A stretch of 64,000 nucleotides of DNA, from positions 59,272,001-59,336,000 of the forward strand of contig NC_043004.1 in the NCBI RefSeq assembly GCF_006345805.1, written 5' to 3'. This document shows, piece by piece, positions 13,886 through 26,270 of this stretch (position 1 is the stretch's first letter; every line of letters starts with the position of its first letter). The translations under genes and the position numbers were made by a program. The notes beneath the pieces are model-generated. The model saw only the letters and a program-made list of their open reading frames with translations, was not told the origin of the DNA and did no database searches. The stretch comes from Octopus sinensis. Its lineage: Eukaryota.

Positions 13886-14292
13886 TAGGAGTGGCTGTGA
13901 GGTAAGTAGCTTGCTTACGAACCACATAGCTCCGGGTTCAGTCCCACTGCGTAGCACCTTGGGCAAATGTCTTCTACTATAGCCTCGGGCCGACCAAAGC
14001 CTTGTGAGTGGATTTGGTAGACGGAAACTGAGAGAAGCCCGTCGTATATATATATATATTTATATGCGTATGTGTATGTATATGTTTGTGTGTCTGTGTT
14101 TGTCCCCCCTAACTTCGCTTGACAACCGAAGCTGGTGTGTTCACGTCCCCGTAACTTAGCGGTTCGGCAAAAATAGACCGTTAGAATAAATACTAAGCTT
14201 ACAAAGAATAAGTCGTGGGGTCTATTTGCTCGACTAAAGGCGGTGCTCCAGTATGGCCACAGTCACATGACTGAAAGAAGTAAAAGAGTAAA
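13883..14292 (+). mobile_element. SINE family A
   Basis: Same head, CORE-like segment, microsatellite and tail as 631-1038. Confidence 0.9.
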
Positions 14293-14489
14293 GGGTAAAA
14301 GAGTAATGCCATCCGGAAAAAAAGACTGTCCTGGAATAAATACCGAGAATCCTCATGAAGACACGAACACAAGGAATATTGATGAAACAATACCGTCAAA
14401 ACTTCGGTCAAATGTAAGTATAACAGGGGGGGGGTGTTTCGGACAAACATGAAAAAGTAGGTACCATCATGGAGGTCAGCTGTCCTGTT

Positions 14490-14890
14490 AATATGAATAC
14501 ACAAATGGCAGAACTGGGCGCCACTGCGTGGTGCCAAGGACTCCAAATTTGCCATCAAGATGTAGGACAAGATACTGTGATAGCCTGGGCTTCCGAGGCC
14601 CACAGCTCTTCAATATCCTCCCGAAGAACCTAAGAGACCTGCATGGGGTGGATGCAGATGTCTTTAAAATGAAACTGGATCTCTTCTTGTCAGGTGTCCC
14701 AGATGAACCAACTTCACAGCAGGAGGTGCAGATGAGGGCAGCTGCATCGAACTCTCTCATGCACCAAATGGCAGTTGCTAAAAAGCATTCGTGAAGTAAA
14801 ACCATGTAGCAACACCAAATGGCGGTGCCCCAGCATGGCCGCAGCTCGTGAGCTGAAACTAGAATCAATCAATCAATCAATCAATCAATC
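14490..14890 (+). mobile_element. CR1/L2-like LINE 3' end with stem-loop and (AATC)n tail
   Basis: GRTGRHC...RGPQLFNILPKNLRDL...FKMKLDLFL, the CR1-type C-terminus. 3' UTR ggcggtgccccagcatggccgcagctcgtgagctgaaac then (aatc)n. Confidence 0.8.
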
Positions 14891-15127
14891 ATATCCTTGA
14901 AAATGAAAGAGAAAGAGAATAATTATGGACAACTGCTTTGAATCCGCCAGCTTCTATATTCAGATAATAAATTTACATTTATACCACTAATAATTGGTAC
15001 ACTTAATTTTGTGGGTAAAATGCCTACGTGACCATCTGGACGAACTAGGGATTTCAGACAATGACATCAACCAACTAACTCGCGCATTACACCTACAATC
15101 TGTAAGCTGAACAGTTAAAATGTGCTA

Positions 15128-15302
15128 GACGTGGCTGTGGTAAGTAGCGTGCTTATGAACCACATGGTTTCGGATTCAGTCCCACTGCGTGGCACCTTGA
15201 GAAAGTGTCTTCTAGTATAGCCTCGGGCCGACCAAAGCCTTGTGAGTGGATTTGGTAGACGGAAACTGAAAGAAGCACGTCGTATATATGTGTATATATG
15301 TG
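15128..15302 (+). mobile_element. SINE family A, 5' half
   Basis: Head and CORE-like part, ending in the central TA/TG tract. The 3' half resumes at 18411. Confidence 0.8.
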
Positions 15303-15304
15303 TA

Positions 15305-16004
15305 TAGGGTGATTGGAAACTAATTTATTTATTAACTATAATTTTTTTTTCGAATTTGTTGTGTATGTTCTTTAATGTATGGGAATTGTTTCAATGTTGT
15401 ATTTTTTCAGATCGATTATTTTGTTTATAATTTAGAAGACCTACAAACATGGCTGGATGTTTTACTGTGTAGAAGCGTGCCCAGCTAGCTGCACATTACG
15501 AAATTTGGAGATCAGTTGTTCAAGTGCAAATATGGTGGAGGACCGTTAGAGGAAGACATGCTTAAGTTGATACAAAGATAATCAAGAATTGTCATACAAA
15601 ATTCATAACTACAGGATTTGTAGCTGATACTTGAAGTGGTCGTCCTTCCAATTCATCAAGGTCCGCATGACTGGCTGGGCAGAAGTCCTGATTTAACACC
15701 CTATGACTGTTTTCTTTGGGGTTGGTTAAAGGAGGAAGTCTTCTCTACCAAACTAATAACTTTGGAAGAACTTGAAGGGTGAATACGAGAAGTTATGTGT
15801 TTCATTCCACAAGACTTCCTGATGAAATCAGTTGATGTGGTTCCCAGGAAACTTCAGAAGCTGATGGTAAATGTTGATGCTTGTATCAAATTTTAAATAA
15901 AATTCTATGCTATACACTTTCTTTACATATTCGTTTTTTCTAAAAATTAAAGTTAATAAATATATAAGTATTTTAAAATAGGGAGTTACTTTTCAAACAG
16001 CCTG
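15305..16004 (+). mobile_element. Internally deleted Tc1/mariner-superfamily DNA transposon
   Basis: N-terminal MAGCFTV*KRAQL and C-terminal WLGRSPDLTPYDCFLWGWLKEEVF (WPxxSPDLxPxDFFLWGxLK motif). Degenerate (c/t)AGGGTG...CAGCCTG ends in a TA context. Confidence 0.75.
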
Positions 16005-16114
16005 TATATATATATAACGGGAAGCTTTATGAAAATAAACAAAAGACGAAGGCAGGTGGAAAACAAACGAACAATTGTATTAGTATGGCGCTCAGGAAAT
16101 ATAAATAAAACAAG

Positions 16115-16152
16115 TCTTTAACGTTTCGAGCCTACGCTCTTCAACAGAAAGA
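16115..16152 (-). ncRNA. Minimal type I hammerhead-like motif (A6U, extra A after A9)
   Basis: Minus strand ucuuu-CUGUUGA-A-GAGC(guag)GCUC-GAAA-CG-UU^aaaga. 5-bp stem I, 4-bp stem II, palindromic AACGUU stem III. Confidence 0.65.
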
Positions 16153-16986
16153 TACACAGAGAGAGAAAAACACAGAGAAAGAGGAGAGAAAAAAAATGCG
16201 TGCAGTAGCTAACGAATCAACATGGCGATCTGATTTCGGCCAGAGGTCAAAGATCAAACATGAGACGCGAGAGCGAAATAAGGGGAGATAATAGGGTTGA
16301 TAATGGGTTGAGGGACCAGCTAAAAGTGCGTGGGAGGGGTCTGGATGTGTGTATGTATAGGGTTGGTGTATGTATTAGTATGTATAGGTGTGTGTGGTGT
16401 GTTGTGTGGTGTATGAGAGAGTATTAGTGCGTAGGATTGGTCTGGACGTGCGTATGTATGGAGTTGGTGTATGTATTAGTAGTATTAGTATGTATTAGTA
16501 CGTATTGGTATGTATAGGTGTGTGGTGTGTGTGAGAGAGTATAAGTGCGTATGCGGGGTCTGGACGTGTGTATGTATAGGGTTGGTGTAAGTATTAGTAT
16601 GTACTAGTATGTATTAGTACGTATTAGTATGTATTAGTTGGTGTGTGTATTAGTATGGCACATTATATGTGATGTGATGTGTAAAGTCATGTGGTGTAGT
16701 GAGGAGAAGAGGGGGAGGAGGAGAAGGGGAGGGGAAGAAGAGGGGGAGGAGAAGGGGGAAGAGGAGAGGATGGGGGAGAAGGAAGGGGAGAGAGGGGGAA
16801 GGGGAAGAGGAGGGAGAAAGAGGGAAGAAGGGAAGGGAGAGTAGGGGTGAAAGGATGAAGGACTGAAGAAGTAGGGGTCGGGGGGAGAAAGGATAGGTGA
16901 GGAGGGGGGGGGGGGGAGGGGGGTTAGATGAGGAGGGGGGGGAGAGTGTGTGAGACCAAATGACGTATAAGAGCGAAGAGAGAAGA

Positions 16987-17385
16987 TTAATTCCTGTTCA
17001 CGGCGCAAACGGGATCCGGATGGCCTCTGCGTAAGGACAAACCGAACACAGATAGGTGTTGCAAGGAGTGACCGGTGGAGCGGCGGAAATGGCGTGAGAC
17101 CGGTGTGTCGTTCGCAAGGTGGATGTCACGAAGGTGTTCCGCGAACCGGTCAGCCAAGCGGCGTCCCGTTTGTCCGATGTACAAGGAATTGCAGAGAGAG
17201 CAAGAGATGCAATAGATAATATTGCTGGAGGTGCAGGTGAAGGAGTGGATGATGGGATAGGGTCGATGGTGGGTGCTAGTGAGGCGGGTGGTGTTGGAGA
17301 GGTAAGGGCAAGTGCGGCAACGTGGGCGGGAGCAGTGGAACGAGCCGGGTTGGGAGGTAGGGTCAGGGAAGGAGCTATGGACCAA
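16987..17385 (-). pseudogene. PLE2 GIY-YIG endonuclease
   Basis: CSRPRCRTC linker, then NIIYCISCSLCNSLYIGQTGRRLADRFAEH. Confidence 0.9.
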
Positions 17386-17399
17386 AAGGTCTCGAAGGT

Positions 17400-18410
17400 T
17401 GTGGGTCGTTTGAAAGAGGGGAGGGGTCGGTTAGGGAAGAGGTGTGAAGTGGACGGGTCGGACTGGAGATGACGGAAAGCTCGAAGAATGGTGCGTTGGA
17501 GACGTAGGTTGTGTGGTGGTAAGTGAGGGGAAAAGGGAGGCGGGAGACTACAGGGCGGGTTCGGGGAGAGAGAGCAGATACACGGTCCACGGACCGTGCT
17601 CTGGCAAGGGCGGTGTGGATAGTGGTGAGGGGTATCCACGTAGGGTGAAGTGGTGAGCCATACGTTGAGACTGAGTCTCAAAGTCATGGTCGTCACTACA
17701 GAGCCTACGTAGACGGAGGAATTGGGAATAGGGGATGGAAAGCTTGTGTGTTCTGGGTGGGAGGAAGAGAAGTTGAGGTATGAGTGTGAGTCTGTGTGTT
17801 TGTAGTGAATGGAGGTGGTAAGAGTGGAGTGAAGAATGCTAACCGAAATGTCGAGGAAGGAGACAGAGGTGTTGGAGATAGTGGAAGTGAAGTGGAGGGC
17901 TGGATGGAAAGATTGGACGAAAGAGAGGAAGGAATCTAGATGTTCGCGGGAGAGTGAGGTGGCACCGATAATGTCGTCAATATAACGACCATATAGTTCA
18001 GGGTGGGACCAGTGAAATTAGAGAATATTTGGGCCTCAACATAGCCAACGAACAGGTTCGCATAGTTGGGGCCCATTCCCGTTCCCATGGCCACTCCCGA
18101 GACCTGATGGTAGAACTCGCCCGCGAACGAGAAGCAGTTCAGAGTAAGGACAAGTTCGGCCAGACGAATGAGTGTGGAGGTGTCAGGTACAGGGTTAGAG
18201 CGGAGGTCAAGAAAGTGTCGAAGGGCCTGCAGTCCTTCGTGGTGAGGGATAACAGTATAGAGGCTTTGGATGTCCATAGTAAAAAGGATTTTGGAGGAGC
18301 CGGGAGGAAAGGAGAAAGAGTTGAAAAGCCGGAGAGCATGGTTGGTATCGTGGATGTGGGAGGGAAGAGATGCCACTAGGGGGGCAAGGACACGGTCGAG
18401 GTATTTAGAG
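17400..18410 (-). pseudogene. PLE2 reverse transcriptase, frameshifted and 5'-truncated
   Basis: ORF 17936-18637 gives YLDRVLAPLV...YANLFVGYVE. Its N-terminal extension is only SINE/microsatellite sequence. Confidence 0.85.
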
Positions 18411-18426
18411 ATATATATGTATATAT

Positions 18427-18486
<60 letters not shown>

Positions 18487-18676
18487 CTTGTGTGCCGGTG
18501 TTTGTCCTCCAACATCGTTTGACAACCGATGCTGGTGGTTCGGCATAAGAGACCGATACAATAAGTACTAAGCTTACAAAAAATAAGTCCTGGAGTTGAT
18601 TTGCTCGACTAATGGCGGCGCTCCAGCATGGCCACAATCAAATGATTGAAACAAGTAAAAGAGTAAAAAGAGTAAG
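18411..18676 (+). mobile_element. SINE family A, 3' half
   Basis: (TG)n, then ttgacaaccgatgctgg...ggcggcgctccagcatggccac...gtaaaagag. Confidence 0.8.
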
Positions 18677-19059
18677 TGTAAAATGTTACATTGTTTTCAT
18701 TATCTACATTCCAAAGACAGAGCTAAGTATCTTTGTTAGAAACCAGCTCCTTCCTCGGAGCAAGAATTTACATAATTAAAACAGAAAAGCACACACAGAC
18801 ACACACATGCACACACACACACACACACACGCACACACACACATACACACCACTGCGCGCGCACTCATACACACATGAGCATAGACAACTATGCACATAC
18901 ATACATACATACATACGTTCATATATACATACATAATACACACATATACATATATACATATACATATATACATACATATAAATATATATATATATATTAT
19001 ATATATATATACATACATATATATATATATAATATATATATATATATAATATATATATA

Positions 19060-19115
<56 letters not shown>

Positions 19116-19410
19116 AAGATGGGCATATAGATATTAAGCATGCACCTACGAACATCGAGACAGAAATAAACATTATTTATTCAAAGCCTAGTTGCTACTT
19201 AGATTTTCTGGTTTCCGTATTCACCACGGGGGTGGAAATGCGAAACATCGAGAGAAACGACGTACCCCAACCACATCAAGACTCAGCTTTAAATAAATAA
19301 TGCCTTTCAAGTCTACATAAATGTCTTGGGTATCATTTTCCTTTATCTGCATATTCACAATTGTGTCGGCCCACAAACACACGCACATACGCCTATATAT
19401 ATGTGCATGC

Positions 19411-19475
<65 letters not shown>

Positions 19476-19851
19476 ATATATTATATATATATTATATAAT
19501 ATATATATATAATATATGCATGTATATATGTATGTGTGTGTGTGTATGAACCTATATTTATATGTGCATATAACTTGTAGAGGTTAAGAAAGGAACCAGA
19601 CAGGAAGCTTTAAGTTTCTAGTTTCAAACTGTATTGGAATGTGCTGTTTCATTCTTCACTTTACGGTCAATAAAAGGAATATACTAATATTGAGTCATGC
19701 TTATTGATAACAATCATATAAAGAGATAGTTTATGTTCGAGACAGAAGTTCTATAAGTGGTTGCACTTTCTTTTATTTCATATGATTCTATTTCCGTGCG
19801 GTGTAGGGGTAGGAAATTAAAAGGCTCTACAGTGAAAGAAAGACTTATATG

Positions 19852-19883
<32 letters not shown>

Positions 19884-19891
19884 ATATATAT

Positions 19892-19933
<42 letters not shown>

Positions 19934-20649
19934 CGTATGGAATTGTTCTAACAATGCACAATTCTGTTGATTCGTTATTTGAATTTGCGTATCTGTATAT
20001 GTAAGAATGTGTGTGTTGGAGTTTCTTTTGAAATTTATATGCGCATGGTGGCAGAGATGTGGAGTTATATGAAGTCAGCAACAAAATAAACTGAGTCAAG
20101 AAGAGAAAGTGTGGGGGAGAAAAAGAGAGAGAAAGGAAGGTGGGAAGGGAAAATAGAAATATTCTAAGCAGAAAAGTGGAAGAAAAAGATAACCGGGAAG
20201 CGAACTACTTAAAGAAAAAAAATATGATAAAGGATTAACGTTCAAAAACTGAAAAATGATAGCCAGACACTAAGAAAGCTCACTTTTCAACAGCTTAGTG
20301 GATATGTTCTTTCAAAAGGCATCGTATAAATATACTGTATTAACGATCGACTGAAATACGATAGGTTCTTTTTTATTTCACCGCGTCATCAAAATTACAT
20401 TTAAAATGTCATTCGAGAGTCGTGCTGAGACTATCAGGTGCGGATAACGGGAACTGTATAGCTTTATGCATTGAAAAGGTATTATCGTTCGACACTTATA
20501 AGAAATTATAAGAAATTATATAATGATAGTATATTTAGATTTTGCTGACAAGTAACAACAATAATTTGACTTTTTAATTTTTCTTAATTTTTCTTTATTA
20601 ATCGGAGCTGTTAATGTATGAATTGTAAGTGCACTCCGTATTGTGTTAC

Positions 20650-21010
20650 TTTTGTTTGATTGCCTCCAATGAATTGATCCCAGTATTAAAATCCACCTTT
20701 GTGAACTATAATTGATTTTAAATTGCTTTGAACTCGAGGGCCCGTTTTTGCTAAGAAAATCGATATGTCATGATAAACTTTCACAACAGAAATAGAAACT
20801 TTGATATAGAAAAATAATAGAAGAAATTCACAAACGAGGACAATCAGAAGAACTTCTTGCTTTTGGAAGGAAGTGGAATTAGATGCAACAGAAATATGTG
20901 AGATTGTGAGAGCAGACATGTAGCGAAACATATCTTAAAGGAAAATTCTTGGAAGTGGCAATTATATAAGGGAGAACTACAAAGAAACATGTGGGATCGA
21001 ATTAGGAACA
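20650..21010 (+). mobile_element. Possible highly decayed RTE-like LINE 3' region
   Basis: Weak resemblance to the LRRI...W.GH..R...K..L.GK..G..GR...W pattern across frames. Confidence 0.3.
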
Positions 21011-21503
21011 TGTAGGATGATTGAACATTGAATTATAACTATAATGTTGGACGATTTGTTTCAAACAAAATCATTGTGTCTGCTCGTGTATCAGACGTTT
21101 TAGAAGGTTTAAAAATTTGTGAAATATTTCAAAACGATCTGAAGAAAGAAAATGTTGCTTACTACATAGTTGAAATATAATATTTATAAACATAAATATA
21201 TACATACATACAAATATTCATACACATTTATATGTATATACATAACGCTCTGTACTCACGTGTTTTATATACAAATGTATAGACATCAGTTTGCTTAAGC
21301 ATAGAGATACTAATAAACAGTTAAATCTCAATATATGGTGTAAAGATTTAGGCGAGTACAGGGCGTTATGTTAATTAATTACTGACAAGAGAGTAGGAGT
21401 CACATAACTATCTTCATTAGAATATAGCTGTTTCTGTTATACGAAGCAGTGTACTCAAAGAACAGTGCTCTCGCTTCTGAGAGTACATATATATATATGC
21501 ATA

Positions 21504-21729
21504 GGGCGGCGAGCTGGTAGAAACGTTAGCGCGCCGGGCGAAATGCGTAGCCGTATTTCGTCTGCCGTTACGTTCTGAGTTCAAATTCCGCCGCGGTCAA
21601 CTTTGCCTTTCATCCTTTCGGGGTCGATAAATTAAGTACCAGTTACGCACTGGGGTCGATGTAATCGTCTTAATCCGTTTGTCTGTTCTTGTTTGTCCCC
21701 TCTGTGTTTAGCCTCTTGTGTAAAGAAAT
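21504..21729 (+). mobile_element. SINE family B (tRNA-like head, conserved central domain gcctttcatcctttcggggtcgataaattaagtacc)
   Basis: B box gagttcaaattcc and tail ...gtcccctctgtgtttagcc...taaagaaat. About 10 copies. The central block resembles Meta/MESC-type SINE domains (from recall, unverified). Confidence 0.88.
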
Positions 21730-21770
21730 TATACATATATATGCATATATTTATGTGTGTATATATATAT

Positions 21771-21820
<50 letters not shown>

Positions 21821-23749
21821 TGCGTGTTAAATTTATTACACTGTGTTTAACTAGTTTCTTTTATCAGTTACAAAGAAGATTGTGGCAGACAAGATTTTGC
21901 CATCTAATGTAATTTCTTCAATATTATTCCTAACTGATGAGGTAAAGTTGCTTTTGAAAACCAAACAAGCGTGGCAATCCATTTAATAATGTAAACTTTG
22001 TTTTAGTGCCTCTTTGTAAGACGACAAATTTTATTTCATTTGTTATTGCTACCATTTATACGTGTTAAAATTATAAAGTCGTTACATACGGGGCATCGGG
22101 AGATGTATGATAATGTAGCAACCTGAGGATGATTCCATGATTGTAAGTTATTGTACAAGAAAGGATGTAAATGAACTGTAATGGCATATACGATCTACTC
22201 TTTAAAATTTCGTCCGAAGTTTTCCTTCTTGAAATGAGACGTTAGTTTTCTAAGCCACCCTAGAATTTATATTAAGTTCTCGAATTACTTTTGCCTACAA
22301 TGGTAGTTTTGATATTGATTGCTTTATATTTCAGTATAATTTGTTGCAGCAATTTATATGAGAATAAATGGGTAAACATTGCTTAAAGAATAAAGAAATA
22401 AAAAAGAAATGAAATATAAAATATAAACAGATGAAATATATAAAATCTGTGAGATCCACTAGGAAATCTTAATGATGTGCCGTAAATTATCAAAACATAA
22501 TACTTGATTAAGAGAAATTCCAACAAGTAATTTTATTCTGAATGTCACACGTTTGACATCGCAAATATAATTTATACACGTTAAGACGTGTTTGGATAGT
22601 GCGCGTATCTTTTATTCTAAAAGGGGTAAAGCAAACTAATACGTTTATTTCGAGAAATGTTATCTTTATTGCAATCACTTCCGGTATTGGCTTGACATCA
22701 GCGGAAGTTACACCAATAAAATAAGGTATAGGATGCTCACGTTACAATGGGATTCAAACAATAAGAAAGGAGGTATAGGCTGAGCGGGTGAAAAAGAAGG
22801 GATGAGAGAGAAAGAGCGAGAGAAAGAGAGAGAAGGAGGGAGGGAGATATCCACTGAGGGAATATAAAGATAAATATAACTTTATAAATAAAGAATAGAC
22901 GAGACGGAGTGCAACAGCAACGTAAAAATGGTAAATAAGTTATTAAAAAATGTAGATTGAAAGCAAATGGTAAAAGGATTGCGAAAGAGAATACCACAAT
23001 GAAAGCGAGATTGATTGATCGATAAATATTTGGAGAGATATTTAAAGGGAAATACACACACAAACACACAAACACACACACACACATATATATACATACA
23101 TACATGCACACATGCACACACATGAATGTATGTATGTATTTATGTATATATATATATATATTAGTTGAGGTAGCGAAACGGATATCAGAGGAAAGAATTA
23201 CGTCTGAAAGAGCTCTTGTTAAAACAAAGTCTACATCGAGGCACTTGATACTTCCATATTTCTATGTAAGAAGTGATAGCGTGAGTCATTATCACCATTT
23301 AGAACAGTGCTTCTACAGATCGATATTCAGTTATAACAAAGTCTTAGGGGGCATGTTTCAGGAACGTTGCTGTTGTTTCACTTTTCGTGATACTTTAAAG
23401 ATCTGTGACTCACGCACATCACTTATAAATGAAAATATAACAATTACATTTATAGTTTACATTGGTCATGGCTGAACGTTGGTGATAAATACATTCCCTA
23501 GCACTGCAGAATAATGCCTGAAATTTTGCAGATCGGTATCACATATAACTGAAAAGAATATCAACTACTCGAGAAAGGTTGTGTGTGTATGTTTGTGTGT
23601 ACATACATACATTCATGCATGCCATGCATGCATACATACAACCATGGATACACACACGTACACATTATAATGAAAGAGAAGGAAAAGTTATTAAAAATGA
23701 ACGATAAAAGTGTAAGTTGTGATACGCTAAAGAAATATGTGATACGTAT

Positions 23750-23970
23750 CTGGCAGAAACGTTAGCACGCCGGACGAAATACCTAGCGGTATTTCTTCTG
23801 CCGTTACGTTCTGAGTTCAAATTCCGCCGAGGTCGACCTTGACTTTCATACTTTCGGGATCGATTAAATAAGTACCAGTTAATTACTGGGGCCGATGTAA
23901 TCGACTTAATCTCCTTGTCTGTTCTTGTTACTCCCCCTTATGTTTAGCACCCTGTGGGCAATAAAGAAAT
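23750..23970 (+). mobile_element. SINE family B
   Basis: Homologous to 21504-21729. Confidence 0.88.
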
Positions 23971-23989
23971 AAAATATTAAGCAGATGTT

Positions 23990-24850
23990 GGCAGCAGATG
24001 GAGCGCCTGAGAGTTGCCTGAGACTTGCACTGGTTCACATCACAACAGTTAGGAGATAATAGATGACAGATGCAATGTAAGTATTCGCCAACGCAACACA
24101 AGCTTTCCGAGATAGATATCTCTCCATTCACTTGTGTGCGAAAGTGACCGAACTGCTCGTCACTTCATCTTAATTCTTCTCCACCTGGATATTTGTACCA
24201 AGCAAGATCCCGGCCGATTTAACCGGTCCGTCCATCCAGCGTCGCTCGACATGGTTGGATAGTGTGGCCTCCATCTTCATGAGTCGGGTTGCAAACTCAC
24301 TAATTTTTCTTGGTTTATTTTAGCACATGTTACCGTCTCGTAGTCCTGTAAAGCGATGCTGATCAACTCGATGTGGCTAATGACTGACACCATGATGGTG
24401 ACATCGCATTAGTGACAAGGAACTACCATATTGTGGTTCACGCATGAAGCGCCTTCATGTCTCATGTTTTCGAAGGAGTGACTCAAGAATCAAACAAACG
24501 GAAGAAACGAGAGAGAACAATTCTGACGTACGAAGCGCATGATGCTACTTCATCCTGATTGGCGTCCGTTCGCCCTAACCGCTGGTCAGATATCACTAAA
24601 TGATGCGATACCAAAACGGAGAAGAGCGTAGCAAAATCGGATGTCATAAGAACAACCGCCAAATTTGGTGGCTGAGCTTTCCATTAATCTAAATTGACCA
24701 AGACCCTACCCGTACCAGGGTACCCTACCCGTACCAGGATACCCTACCCGTACCAGGATACCGCCATCATTGATATATCACATGAGATGGAAGTTATCGA
24801 GGATAGATCTGTTCGGAATGACTACAAAAGCCGATCTCTACGCTAACATT
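23990..24850 (-). mobile_element. Decayed L1/Tx1-like LINE RT remnant
   Basis: Minus-strand fragments IPNRSILDNFHLM, LVNLD, VRANG...VRQNCSLS, AKIN, RWMDGPVK and ANTYIASVIYYLL match the L1/Tx1 RT motif order. Confidence 0.7.
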
Positions 24851-24857
24851 TTTAAAC

Positions 24858-25200
24858 CAGTGGTTTTCAACTGGGGTCTATATGGCCTTGGAGGGGCCAT
24901 ATAAGTTTTCTGGGGGTATATGCAACAAAATAGTAAATTGAATATTCACAAAAGCATTTCAAGAGCCGCTAAAAAATTTTGCTTTAGATTGATATGTATT
25001 GCTAGAAACAGCTAGGTTTATCTCTCTTGCATTTTATATAGTTCAACCTACACAAGTTTATGTGTGAAAAACAAAATAGGAATTTTGAAAGAAGTTTCTA
25101 TAAAACTAGTTTTTAAACATTGAGTGGATGGGGGTGGGGATCCACTAGAATAAATAGTAATCAAAGGGATCCATAGATAAAAAATGATTGGGAACCTCTG
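24858..25200. mobile_element. hAT-like MITE
   Basis: TIRs CAGTGGTTTTCAAC...ATTGGGAACCTCTG. 8-bp flanks ttttaaac/ctttaaat (6 of 8 match). Confidence 0.7.
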
Positions 25201-25234
25201 CTTTAAATAAAAGTACTGAAATATGCGTACTGAA

Positions 25235-25293
25235 ATGGCGGTGCCCCAGCATGGCCACAGCTCATGAGCTGAAACTGGAATCAATCAATCAAT
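25235..25293 (+). mobile_element. Isolated CR1-like LINE 3' tail
   Basis: ggcggtgccccagcatggccacagctcatgagctgaaactggaatc(aatc)n, matching 14821-14880. Confidence 0.8.
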
Positions 25294-25299
25294 CATAGC

Positions 25300-25990
25300 A
25301 GAGTAATGGGCCGAAATTTAGTAATGTGATCTCGCTTGTCTGAGATCTTTCTCAGCTACGCCACTGCTTCTCGATTCACAGAATTAAATTTTCTCTTGTT
25401 CTGCTACTAGTTGCAGTTGATGTCTACCATGAAGTCGCAGAACAAGTCTGACATACAAAAGCAAATCTATTAATTAGACCACTGAAAGTAGGCAATCCCC
25501 ACCAACTCCATCCATCCGGTGGTATCACCTAGCACTTTCCGATTTACCGCAGCCATTATAGGCTTTCCCAACACTCCATCATCCTTGTCGAAAATCGTTC
25601 CAGCCACTAAAATCTATCCTGCTATTTAACCCACCATAAAACTCGAAGAAAAGTGGGACAGATCTCCTTGGGATCGAATATCTCACGTTCATCATGATCC
25701 GCCAAATCGCACCTTTGTAGCTACATTGCACATCTCGGAGTCACCAAACGGCTTTCGTTCTTTCATGCCTTTCAGCACGCTCCCTAGCTCTCATGATACG
25801 TCGTTACTCCTTTTCATTGAAGAACTTTTCAAGGGCCAATCTCATCGCAAAAAGATCCGTTGACATCTTATCGCAAGAAGATCCTAGTCACCACATTTAC
25901 TTGTTTTACCTATTCCTACTTCCTAACTAGGCGTTATCAGATTTTTAATCACCTTTTTCAGGGAGAACCACCGTTTTTTGCTGATGATCA
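25300..25990 (-). mobile_element. Probable upstream continuation of the L1/Tx1 remnant
   Basis: Same strand and similar decay, with a Trp-rich segment like the endonuclease-RT linker. Separated from 23990-24850 by the MITE and the LINE tail. Confidence 0.4.
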
Positions 25991-26124
25991 CCTTCCGGCA
26001 ATGCCGGATTAAATGATTTTCTTATTCGCTCTCTGTAAGCTTGTCGCCGAGAGAACGATGCCTTCAGCTTCCTGTAACCAAGTCCTTGTCCATGAAAATT
26101 ATCTAGATCAACCATTCAAATACC

Positions 26125-26270
26125 AAGAAGAAGAAGAAGAAGAAGAAGAAGAAGAAGAAGAAGAAGAAGAAGAAGAAGAAGAAGAAGAAGAAGAAGAAGA
26201 AGAAGAAGAAGAAGAAGAAGAGAAGAAGAAGAAGAAGAAGAAGAAGAAGAAGACGAAGAAGAAGAAGTAG
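26125..26270. repeat. (GAA)n microsatellite
   Basis: Direct reading. Confidence 0.95.

Larger units (their letters stand above)
16017..18410 (-). mobile_element. Penelope-like element PLE2, 5'-truncated
   Basis: RT fragments (FTMDIQSLYT, GVAMGTGMGPNYANL, RYIDD in a shifted frame), GIY-YIG, a long 3' UTR with an HHR, and TA flanks. Confidence 0.9.

Noticed and set aside
17119-17656. Plus-strand Gly/Arg-rich ORFs
   Set aside because: Antisense shadows of the C-rich PLE2 coding strand.
24702-24762. Short direct repeats as a possible CRISPR-like array
   Set aside because: No spacers, only three abutting units, in a eukaryotic LINE context.
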